Under the pieces are notes generated by a model. That model was not told the DNA's origin. It worked only from the letters and a program-made list of their open reading frames with translations, and ran no database searches. Both the position numbers and the translations under genes were made by a program. A DNA stretch of 64,000 bases from Raillietiella orientalis (Eukaryota), in the NCBI GenBank assembly GCA_036172245.1, contig JAYWIR010000016.1, positions 1,488,001 to 1,552,000 of the forward strand, read 5' to 3'. Positions 51,701-63,700 of the stretch are shown piece by piece (positions within the stretch are counted from its first letter, which is position 1; each line of letters opens with the position of its first letter).

Positions 51701-54700
51701 GTGCTGCGGCTCCTCGCAGCACGGCGGCTCGTAGGGTGTGGGCGTGGCCGAGACGTTTTGCCCAGTCAGCGCTCAGTCCAGCCGGTTTGGAGGAACTCCG
51801 GGCTCCTTCTCGAGAGGCCCTTCCCTGACGGGACACCCCTGCGCCTTTCGGACGCCAACCCGAAAGATCAAGGGAACCTCAGCAGGATTCCTGGAACTGC
51901 TGGTGCTCACGCGCCCACGGAGGGAGGAGGCGAACTCCGACCTTGAATCCGGGGGGTTTCCATGGCCACGGTTCGCAGAGTGTGTGGCGAGATCAGAGCG
52001 AAACGATGCAGCGATCCGGAATTTTGGAACATCGGGAAGGAGAAAGGAAAGAAAAAGCTTCCCTGCGGATTGTAGGCTCGGCGGGAAGATACTGAGTTGT
52101 TTCCCCCTTCTCCCATGCACTTCCCTCAGAGCTTCCTGCCCGTAAGACTCGAAAACCCTCCCGAGGACGAGAAGAGCTTCTTGCCGTGTGCGCCTCCGTC
52201 CTTGGACGGCAGGCGCCTGACTCCTATCTGCGATGCGGACGAGTGGACGGGCCTTCTTGCTGGCTCGAGGTGACGACAGGTGATCAGGGGAAAGCGTTTC
52301 TACGCCGGAGGGCCTGAACAAAGCGGGTCACCCGGCCAGACTGGAAAGCTGCGTTCCTTCAGTCCCTCTGGTGCCAGGAGAGAACAGAGAGGAGTAAATG
52401 GGATTGGTGAGAGCAGGAAGGGGGCTGCCCTCATGCTCCAAAACCTCAGTTGCCTGGAGGAACGGGGAACCAAATTCTACCGCGCTGTCTCGTGTGGAGA
52501 AAGCTCCTGAGGAGGAAGGAGGAAGGGATGGCCAAGCAGGCGGTAGATGGTCAACGGCGATGCGGTCGAGAAGCGGGTAGATGGCGTTCAAAGGAAATGC
52601 AGGGCCTCTTCCGTTTCCAGGGAGACGGCGAAAGGCACCCAAGAAGTTTCCAGCGAGACCAGTTTGCTGGATGGACGATGAAAGCTGCTTGATGTCTCCG
52701 TAGAGAAGGCACGCGCACCAGATCCATGACAGCAGAGCATGTCCGCTTCCCAGCTGCTGCCGGCACAAGAGAGAAGTCCCCTGAATTCTCACCTTTGTGA
52801 TCCCGGAAGGAAATCATGGTGGCTGGAAGAAGAGGCGTGAGGTTTTGGACCACTGGCTCGCGAGCCTCATTAAGAATCCGACGCCATCACGAGCTGCGAG
52901 AGCGGCGTCATTGGTGGTTTCCTCGAAACGCCGCGCAGAGCTCCGAAGAACTCCGCCTCGACGGCGGAGTTCCCCGAAGAACGCCCCAGGGAGTCTGGAT
53001 GCACCGCAGAAACGGGAGAGCTGCCTTGAGGAGAAACCCAAGGTCGCTGGGCAAGTTCCATGGTGGTTGCGGGCGGGAACCTTGAAACGAAAGACGGCGC
53101 GGCCGAGAACCAGCGAGTTCCTCGGTAGGCATCTCGGCTGAAAACTCTGTTGAAGGAAGGAGCACAGAGTTCTCCTTTCTTTCGTTGCTATGGCGCGAAG
53201 TGAAAATCTGATGAACGCCAATCACAGATTCGGAAGATCTCGCCTCGTTCTCGCCGTGCGTCACTCAAAGTCGCGGCAAGGATCGTTTGTTTTGTCAGAG
53301 AGCTTGGGGATGAGCGATCCTTGAAAAATGGGGGACATCTCTGCCTCATTTTTTCGGGTGTGTGAAGGAGGCACCCTCTTTCTGTGCCTTTTTGCATTCT
53401 TCTGCGAGCACCGATCCGAGCAAGCATCTCGGGGTTCTATCCGGTCTCCCAGAGGGGCCAGTTTTTGTCCTTCGTTCTGAAACAGGACAGGAGAGTGCCT
53501 GCGGACGCCGGAGGAAGATGGACCACACGAAGTCCGCACCCTTCTTTCGAAACCTGGCTGCCCAAGCGACGCGCCTGCGCCCTCGAGGACCTCTCTGCAA
53601 CCAGTCCGAAATTCCGGATGTTTGCTGTCAACAGCGATGAAACCAGTGGCCGCCAGAAGCATCGTGGCCACGCTTCAGACCACAAAGTGAGGACAATCAC
53701 CTTGGTGCTTTCAGGGGATCCGGAGTCTCAAGAGCTGGCATGGACTCCTGCTGAAGATTCTACTTCGGGCTCCAGTGCTTCAGTTTCTCAAGATGCCACG
53801 AATTGTTTGGGAGAGCTGGATCAGAGAGATCCTCTGCGGTGGAAGACACACTGGAATTCCCGTCCTCCTGGCGAGAAGTGGCCTCGATGCAGGATGCAGC
53901 TAAATTTGTAGATGAGTCCTTCGGGCAGCCCGTCGCGGCCACAGTTGCAACGTCTGTAGAAAATCACGTGTGCCCCACTCAATTTGATGGAAAGTTCACA
54001 TCATCAGCGAACGATGGCAAGAAGGGTCTCAAGAACGTGTGATTGTCAGCTCTTAGGCTTGACTAAGAGTTCCTTCGAATGCCTGTCCGTTCCACCGCAC
54101 TCGAATTTAGCTCGCAGCTTCCTGTTGCCACCCATGATGACTCTCTCGTCCTTCCCCTTTGAGCTGCTAGCAGGTGTCATTGTACACAGTGATGGACCAT
54201 CGAGTCTCTGCGTGCGACCGACGTAAGGTCGCGTGCGCGTTCTGATACATTTGAAGGGACCGTGTAGAGATACCCTTAGGCTGGCCATTTGCGCCCTTGC
54301 AAGCTCCTCTAGAGAGATTGTAGGTAAAGCCAGGTCCACACTGCTTGCTGTTCGCGTGCGAAAGTAGCAAGTGGCAAACGATCGTTCCGAGAGGAGAGGT
54401 TTGTTTCTCTGGAGCCAGGAAGCACCATGATCAGCAGAAAACGAATGCGAAGACAAGAAGAAGACGAAGATGATGACGAAGAACAACAAAAAGAAGATAG
54501 CGTGGGTCTCAGCGAATGCGGAATTATAGTGATCTCCCATCACCCCAAAGGGTGGCTGTCGTGACGACAGCGGAGCTGGCGGTCGGAGCGCATCGCCTTC
54601 CCCATCGTTCTCCTCCTAGCTCCAGCCTTTGGCCCCTCAGAGTGAACTTCCTTTGGGATCTTCACGTCAGTTTCTTGCAAGTAGTGCCGAAAGGTCTTTT

Positions 54701-57700
54701 CCGTCGGATGAAGAGCGGGATTCTCCATCATGAACCACGGTCTCCCCTTCTCCTGCGGTAGCATCTGCAGTTCATGCCGGGTTGCTTCTACAGCCGACTT
54801 GCTTCTTCCAATGGATGCTGCCAAAGTTCTGAACTCTGGTCGTTCAGCATCATCTCCCCGGTGCGTTTTCGCCTTCTTTCTCGGAGGATCTCAATTCTTG
54901 CAGCACCGCAACTTTTCCTGGATCTCAGAATCGCGAAGGTCCTACGAACTCTACCTGCGCCGAAGACAAGGACACCTTTAGACGAGAGGTGGCGAACCGG
55001 ACCTCAGAGCCTTCTCTCTTTCCGTTGTTTCGCTTTTTCCCAGAGCCGTCGGGAAAGGCCTCAAGTAAGCAAGTGGAGTACAGTTCCGAGATTCTCCCTC
55101 GCCTTGCCTAGGCGAGGGAGAATGGGGGTCCACTTCACTTGCACGGGTCCACTCCTCCCCATTGTTCCTGCGAAAACCTCGACTCGCAATCCTGTCGCAC
55201 TCAGCCGGAATTGGGTTCCCGTCGAAGACTCAGGGGTCCAGGGTGTGAGGGAGCGCGACCCTTCCGATGCTTTCTCCATATTTTCTGTACATCCAATTCA
55301 CGTCGTTCCCGTCGGACACGGCCGGTGGGAGCGCTGCGCTTAGCCAAGTCTCCGGAATGAACTCGCGTGACCCTCCGGACTGCACGCACTCTCCTCCACA
55401 GAAGAAGAGGAATGCTGTCCAGCTAGGTGAAAGGTCTTCTTCCCGTGGTTTCTGAGTGGCCCGTGGTATCTTAGAGACGACTCCTCCTGGCGCGTTTCGA
55501 TCACACGAGTTTCCCTCCGAAGGTGGCTCAAGGATGATTGTGTGCGAATTCGCCTTCTCTGACAAATGCTTTCCAGCCTGTTGCTCCATCCAAGGGTCCT
55601 TTTGGCCTCTTTTCTGTCTTTGCTGTTTTCCTTCCAGCTTTTTTTTTTGGTTCGCTGAGTACTTCAAGAGCCGTCGCGAGCCTAGCGGCTCACGCGGATC
55701 TTCAACACCACCGGAGGGTGCGTATAGTTCTTCAAGACAGGGGGTACCCCGGGAGGGGAGCACCCTATAAATCTAGGAAGGACTTCGGAGAAGGGAGTCC
55801 GTTCTCTCCCGTCTTGGAAGGAATCACTGAAGGGAACAACACCTCCACCCTGGTTGTCTCCGAAGGGAACCTCGAAGGAAATCTCCTTCCTTTTTCTCTC
55901 CACCGGAGGGATCCCTGGAAGGGTCCGCTCCATTTTTCTTCTCCAGAGGGAACCCGCAAGATAGTCGTTCTTGGTTTCCTTCCCCTGAAGAGAACCCCGA
56001 AGGGACGCTTGGCGGTCTTGGCGCCGTTGCTGGTTGCTCAGCAACAACACGTCTTGTTACAGCTCCATAGTGGTGCTCATCCAAGGGAGAGGGGCATTGC
56101 GACGTCTCCCTGCGTGGGTTGCACTTTGGGTTGCGCAGTCGACACGTCATGCGGGCTTCGGGCTGCAGACGGTGTTGCTGCACCTGCACCTGAGGTGGGG
56201 TCTCATTTGCTGGGTACGGGACGTCTGATACGCGATGTCTGGTCAGAAACAGGCGCAATCTTTTTTTCCTGGGATAGCAGAATACTAGTAGACGGCGGGG
56301 TAAAACAACAACAACAACAACAACGGAGGAGAGGGCCAAAAATAGGACAGAATTCGTCGCGAGCAGCGATCCTCATTGGACCTTGAGGCATTGGCGGACA
56401 GAAGGCCACGAAACTCGGAACGGGAACAGCGAGATTCGGAGATGCGTGTCGCGGAGGGCAGTTGGCAGCGGTTGCAGGAAGCACCCTGCTCTACAAGCCC
56501 GAGGTCATGCGCCAGGAGTCCAGCTGTCCCAGAGCTGGCTTTGCTGCGTTTGCGGTGCGCTCGAATGGCGAGAAATGGTGTTCGAGAATTTTCCATCCAG
56601 CCCCTCTCGCGTCAGACGGGCGAACGGGGCCCGCCTCGCCCGGTGGCCGAGCCTCGCTGCGCGCGTTCCGGTCAACTAGTTCGGCCGAGATCGAAGCTCT
56701 CTCAGGTTGGCAACTGACGCCACTGCAGGGCCTCGCGCGGCATCACCGTGCAGCAGTGGCAGTTTCCTGCTTCTCGTCCATGTATTTAATCTTACTTTAC
56801 TCTATTTTAATTTTGCTCTCCAGAGGTCATCAACTCGGGGAGGAAGTCAATTCAGGGCTACCAGCCCTTGAACTGACGTTCGTTACAAAAGAACAACAGT
56901 TGAGTCATCAGCTCGGAACGAAAATGCCATGCTTCCCCCCCCTCCCTCTGTATCTTCCTGATGCAGTTTTGGTGGGTAATTTGATGCGAGTTTCGTGGCG
57001 GCAGCAGCAGCAGCCTTGTCGATCTTGAATGGCAGCGCTAAGCGCCGGCATCCGCAAAACATCTCGTAAAATAGGTGCCGTTCGCAGCGCTCTCCACGCA
57101 AGGGCTGCCGTATGACGTTACCGGAGGTGGACCGTTCCCCTCTGCGCTTGGCGGGGGGGAAAGGACAGAGTCATTTCGTCTGAGATGTCCCTGTGGTCCA
57201 GTGCGGGTCCACGAGGGTTCGGGACACGTCGCATTCGCATGAACCCGTCGTCAGCGACCTTCTGGTAAGCCGGTTCCGCGGGGCCGGCGGGGAGATGTCT
57301 CCGGGGCAGCCCTAGCAGCCCTCACCGATCTCCGGCAAGCGGAACATCCCGCACGCGTCTGTAAGGGAAGGCTGGGTCGGAGGGAGCAGAGTTCCTGAAT
57401 CGGAAATTTTTTTTCCGGGACAAACTCCGCTTCTGGCACTCCGTTCACACCTCCTCTGCCGCTCCCTTTCCTCGAATGGCCACGTGACTTTCCCTTTCCC
57501 CCCTTTCGCTTGACACGACCGGCTTTTCGTTCTGGTTCTGGGCGGAGTGACAACGACGCTCATCCACCGAACCCACTGAACCAGAAAGCAGCAGCAGCTG
57601 CAGTGCAATCTGTGCTTCCTTCAGCCCGCGAACCTTTCAGACTGAAGGAGGAGCTTCAAGACGTCGACATCGAGGTCCTCGTCGAAGCGACGTCAGCCTT

Positions 57701-60700
57701 CATGCACCGCCTGAAGAGCACCATTGCTCTGGTGACCTTGGGCATCACGGGGATGGCCACTCCTTTCTTGCACAATGGCATCATTTACAGCTCGGAGGAA
57801 AGTTGCTATGTAAGTTGAGAGCCTCCGCTGCGGATCTGCATCTCCAGCACACGCTCGTAATTAAAAACCGTTCGTTCCGGCTGCTGTCAATACGTGAGTG
57901 TTTATCAGGTCGGCAAACAGCGCATTTGTCCATCGGTAAAAACACACACACACACACAGACACAAACACGCGTTGGGTGTCGAGAAAAAACATAGAACGT
58001 TTGAAATAAAACTGGATCACGCAAAAGGTCGAGGCGTCTGGAGACTACTCCAGAAATCCCCGGAGTAAACCAAGGCACAACCCATATTTTATTGCTCGGA
58101 GGGGAAAACCAGAAAAAAAAAAAAAAAAAAAAAAAAGGTGAGAAAATACGATGAAGTTCTTCAAACAAAACACTGGAAGGTAAACAACACGAAATTTTGC
58201 AAAGGAAACAGTTCAATGTAAACAAAGCATGAAATTCTGCAAAGAGAACAGTCCAATGTAAACAACATAAAATTCTGTACGCGAAGCAGTCAATGTGGGT
58301 ACACGAGAGAGAGAAAGAGAGAGAGACAGAGAATAGAAGAAAAACAAAAAGAAAAAAAATACACGGATGGTGTTTTTCAGGGCAGAAAACGAATAGGGAT
58401 ATTGACCCGTTGTGAAATTGGTTTCCTGTTAACCAAGCAGGAATACTCTTTCAAGGACAACAAAGAGTTGGTAAGTTGTTTCCTATTTCAACGCGTGCCG
58501 TGTGTGTACCTGTCGTGTGTCGTGTCCTCATGTCGTGTGTGTACTTGTTTGGGGCGTGTGCATGTTGTATGCTGCGTACTACTGTGCGTAGTGTGCTCAT
58601 GTCGTGTGCATGTCGTGGTTGTGTGCTCATGTCGTGTCTTGTGCCCATGTGTGTGTACCTGTCTTGTGTCGTATGCATATTGTGTGTTGTATGCCCATTT
58701 CGTGTGTCGTGCGCCTTTCGTGGTTGTGTGCTCACGTCGCGTGTCGTGTGTCTATCGCGTGTTGTGCACCTGTTGTGTGTACTGTGCCTGTAGTGTTTGT
58801 GGCTACCAAGCGTGTAATTGATGAAACAAAAAGAAAGAAAGAAAAAAAAAAAGAGGAGGAAGGGGGGGGAAGAAGAAGAAAAACTAAAGAGTTGAACTTC
58901 GAACTGAGCGGATTCCCTTTCCAAGGTGGGGTCACGTTTGAAGGAACCATTCTTCCCCATCTGGATCGTCTGCGTTCAGGATCAGTTCGGGGTCCTGTTC
59001 AAGCTGAAGAGGGATCTTCTGACGAAAGACTGCGAGGAAGAGAAGGGATTCGACCTCCACTATTACAACTGCACCTGCTACCAAACGACCGCGGTCACGC
59101 TGACCATCGAGCGGCACTTCCAAGCTCACGAAGACAAAAGAATACCTCCATTGGAAGTGCTCATAAGAACGAAGTAAGTCGTGGGATGCGTGAGCCTCAG
59201 GATAGAGAGGAGCCACCCTCGGTGCCTTCCAATCCTCCTTCCGTGGTTCGTCCACTCTCGACGTACCCGTCCAGCCCTTCTTTCCCACTGACGCGAACAC
59301 CTGCCGAGCGCATCAGCCGAAGGCAGATCCTTTCCACCCGAGTGTTGCACGAACAAATCCTGCTCAAAGATGACACGCACGAACAAATCGTGCACGCACA
59401 CAGGGATGCTCGTGATCCACTGGGATGCGACGCTGGCTCTTTTTTCTTTTTCTGCCACAGGAAGCGCCGCCATCCTCCGACTCTTGGAGAGCGCGTGCGG
59501 GATGGTTTTGACGAAGCCGTGGACTGCGGTGCACAGGTCTTCGCAGCGAGCTTCGCCCGAATCAGAGAGCTGCTGCCCATCTGCTCATCCATTGCTAGGA
59601 CGGCCAGCTTCCTTCCCCGTTTTTTTTTTCCCCGGATTGTCTTCCGTTCCTCGGGATAATGGACGAGTTTACTGAGTTCCGCTGGTCATGTGTCATCGGG
59701 TCATCGATTCGCTCAGTTTCCGCGTTGGCAGATGCAAGTTTCACCGCGTCGGAATCTTCACGGAAATCTCCAGTCCAGCGCTGTCCCCCAAACCCTGCTT
59801 TATTTCTCGGGATGCTCTCTAGAAACTCTCTCTCGTCCCTACTGAACTCCTTCTCGTTACTTTGGAAACTCCAACTTGATCCCTAAAGCTCCAAGCGGTC
59901 CACCGTTCCTCCCTTTCCAACTTGCTGAGCCACAGGTTGCTGTTGCCTTAGCTCTTTCGTTTCCAACGGGAAGTTTCTCCATGGGTACTCTCCGGCGCTT
60001 CTCCGCCTCCGTGATGCTCGCCCGGACGAGAACTCAAAGAGCTTCTGCTTCTTTTCCTGGAAACCGGAGCCTCAAGCTGAAGCTGTGGCGAAGTGCCCTC
60101 CAAATCCTTGGATCCATTTTCCCTTCGTCCCCCCTCCCTACGTGGACTACTCGGAGAGAAGGCGAAGGGATCTTCACGCGCCTCGTGGTCACTGATCCAA
60201 GACGAAGCATCTGCAGCAGATTCCGCTGTTTCTCGACGCTGATGCCGGACGTGGGTTTCTCCCAATTTCCAATTTCCGAGGAGCGAGGCTTCCGCGTTGC
60301 CGGGGAAGGGCCACTGCACAAAACGGCGGGGTCCAAGAATGAGGTGTTCCTTGTTTCCGGGAAGGCTTTGTCGGACTGTGCGGTCCCCAACCTTCCGTTG
60401 ACCCTTTCATCGCGCCAAGCCTCTTGGTCTGGTTCCTGCTGTCGCTCGAGGCTGGAGGTCTTCCCCTGGCGTCTCGACACTCCTCTCGGGAGGTGTCCTA
60501 GATGCTGCTGTCACTAGGTCATACGTGTTTCGACTTCTAGAGGCGAAGGAGGTTGCGATTGCTATCACTGGGGTGTGCCACAGCTTCCTGCGCCCAGCAT
60601 CTGAGAGCTTTCGCATGCAGCCTAGAAACGTCTTCCCTGGCTTCTCTTTGGAGCTGGAGATTGCCTGCCACAGGAGGAGGAACCTTGGTCGGGGAGCCTG

Positions 60701-63700
60701 GGAGGGGGAGGCAAGCCGGGAGTGGAAGAGCCCCCTGAAAGGGTTCCTCCGGGAGGAGGCGAGGCGTTTTTGCAGCAGCCTCTCGGGAGATGAGCTCCTC
60801 TAAAGACGCTGTCGGTGGCTGCTTCCGCTGCTTTTCCTGAAACCATTCTTGTCCAGTAGTTGGCGCAGGAGACGTTCGTTCGGAGGCGTGGGGACGGAAC
60901 TGCCAAGGGTGGGAGATCAGATCGCATTTGGGAAGCCACTCTGCCGCAAAACAGAGACCTGGACACTCGCCACACACACGCTACAGATGAATCAGATCAG
61001 ACGCATGCGGAAGAAAAATAAAGTGCCACAGCCACCGCTGCATGGCGACCGACACTCTGGACCAGCAGTGCTGTCTCCAGATGAGCCCTTCTCCCCTTTG
61101 TTCCCGGAAACTTCGCATAGCAGAACTCAGCAATGTTCCGGGAATGCTGGATCAGTGCCTTAAGTATGGTGGGAATGCGTCTCGGGGAAGATGCTCCTGC
61201 CATCCCCATCCTGCGAGGAGGGAGGCGCCCATGCTTTCCTGAATCGAGAAGAATTGCAGGAAGGCAAAGACGACAGCGAGGGCGGCCGGGAGGCGTCGAT
61301 TCCGGCGGGTTCGGAGGAGGCCTCTTTTCCCGGTACCGCGACTGGCACGCCAGACGGGAGATGCGACAAGAGGCCGTCGGGAGCCATGCCGACGGCAGCT
61401 AAGCCGTTTGCTCCTCTAGACGGCCATCTTTTTGTCGGACCCGCCTAGGAACGCCGAGCCGAGCTCGGGAACGCGAACGAAGAGGGCGGGACGTGGGAGG
61501 AGGAGGAAAAAAAAAAAAGAAAAAGAAAACGCGTTGCCTGGAGATGACCGTCGACAGAGAGGTCACCTGCTAACGGGAGAGCGGCAGACCTCGCTTTCGC
61601 TCCTCGACATCTGCGCTGCCAGCAGGAAGAGAGAAAGGGAATAAACATCTCCTCGCGGCTTGCTTCCCTTCCCTTCAGCTTCTTCCCTCCGCCACCAGCG
61701 CTGTCGGCGCCGAGCTCCACGGAGCCTCTGGAAACTGCTCAGCTGCTCCAGAAACTGGCGCAGCTCTCTTCTGGGACCGATCCTCCCTTCTATCCTCTTC
61801 CTTATCGGGATATCGCCCTTCTTCCCGTCCTGTCCTCCTCCTTCCGAAGAAAAGAGTCCTCTGCTTGCGCTCCAAGCGGGTCCCGTTTTCTGTTCCCGGA
61901 GGAGAGAGGAAGAAAAAGGCAGGGGGGAGGGGGGAAAGAGGGAAAGGGGGAGGCGAGAGAAATCGTTCTCGGAGGCAGGGAAAAAGCTATTTATAGGTCC
62001 CTGGCTCCAGTAGGTGGCGGCGGAGCCCGAGGAGGCATCCCCCGCGAGGACGCGCTCGGTCTGCGCTCTCCTGCCCTCAGCGGCGGCGACAGCGGCAGCA
62101 ACGGCTCGAGGAAGATTTATGTGCGCTCCGGCGCGAGGGAGGGGGAACCCTGCGAGGAAGAGGCGCACGCGTTCAGGCGCGCGCGAGCCACTTCCTGCAT
62201 CCTGCCGCCGATCATACCACGGGCGTCCACGCGCTACCTGCTTCCTCAATTAGCAGGAGGGGGCAAAGGAGGAGGAGGAGGAGGAGGGGGGGGGGAAGGG
62301 GAGGGCCAACCGCGCACTATCGCTCGATCTGACCTGAGCCTTCCGCGCGTCTCTCCGGGAACCTTTCCCTACGCTCTATCCTCCTCCTCCCCCAGGTGCG
62401 TCCGTCCCCTCGCACACGAGAGTAAACGCTCGCGAGAGAAGGAAGAGGAGGAAGATATCTCTCCTCGGCCTTTTGGCTATGATCAAGGAGGAGGAGGAGA
62501 AAGGTGGGAGGGGGAAGACGCCTCCCGAGGTTTCGCCTCCCCTCCCGACGACCCCACCACCCTCCGATCCGTTCCTCTTCCCTCCTTCCCTCTGCCTCCT
62601 TCTCTATTTTCGGCTGCTTCTCGCGGAAAGCGCGCGTCACTCTGCGAATTCCCGGTTCTCGGAAATCGAACGCGCGCGCGGACTCGGGAGGACTGCATCG
62701 CCGCGTCACACTCCGGAGAGCGGCACAGCGAAGGTCCCAGGCAGGGTGGGGTTGCGCTCTCTTCTTCAGGAAAGGGATGACGGAGCCCTCGCGAAGAGGA
62801 CATGGGAGGAAGAGGAAGGAAAGAGCATTCCGATTTTCTCCTTTCCCTTTCTTTTCCTTCCGTCTTCCTCCTTTCCTTCCCTTCTCGCTCCACTGCCTCT
62901 TCTTCCTGCCCCCCTTCCTCCCACATCCGTTTTCTGGGCGAGGAGTCTGGACGGCTCGGGACGAAGTCGCATCCTCAGTTCCCCTGCCGATCTTTAGGGG
63001 TCGCTTCTCCCGTTTTCTCTTGCGCCACTCCTCCCTTCCGTCCTCCTTCGTTCCCCATCCTCTTCCCATTCGCTCCAGGAAACCACGTTTGGCTGGAGAG
63101 ATCTTTTGTAGGGATGCTGCTCGGAGAGGAGGTGCGAAATCGGGAAGGGAAGAAAGGGGGAAGAGATTTCCTCCCCTCCCCCACTGTGCGAACTTCTCGT
63201 CCGAAGCGATCGCTACGGGCTCTGCAGGTGCCACCGCTTCAGGTGCGGTCGACCTCCGACTCTTGGAGCTACTTCGAAGCGACGAGGTGGCACGCGTGCC
63301 ATGCGCTCCTCTGGGGGATCCAGGAAGACGTCCTTCTCTACTCTCCCTTCCCTGAGGTCCTTCCATCCTCCCGAAGGCGGGCGCATGGTCTCGACGTGGG
63401 CGCGCCCGCTTCGCTGCCTCGAGCCGTTTGCGCCGCGGTCCCCCCCCCCCCTTCCTTCGGCTTGTTCGTCACCCGCTCTCCGCACGGAAGGCTTTCCCGG
63501 GGTGGTGAGCCTCGCGGGCGATCAGTCATTCCCTTCCCTGCGGGCCTCCGGAGGGGTTATTCCGGAAAGTAAGTCGCACGGGTGTGAGAGAGGAGGAGGG
63601 ACTGTCGCGGCCGCCGGAAGGGGGCGCTTCCGGACCCGCGGGGCGCGAGTGATCGCCCTCTTCCTTTCCAGGTGGGAAGACGCTTCCGTCGGCTGGAACG

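Noticed and set aside
56780..56970. LILLYSILILLSRG / ELTFVTKEQQL as MINDY exons
   Set aside because: The corresponding segments are already supplied by 49313-49378 and 49458-49528 with correct phases, so the similarity is likely coincidental.
58402..58960. Cys/Val-rich and His/Thr-rich ORFs
   Set aside because: Translations of an intronic GT-rich simple repeat.
59400..59460. MLVIHWDATLALF as the terminal MINDY4B-like exon
   Set aside because: Needs a frameshift after the acceptor. The exon at 63672-63720 fits phase and motif (KW..ASV.WNG) much better.
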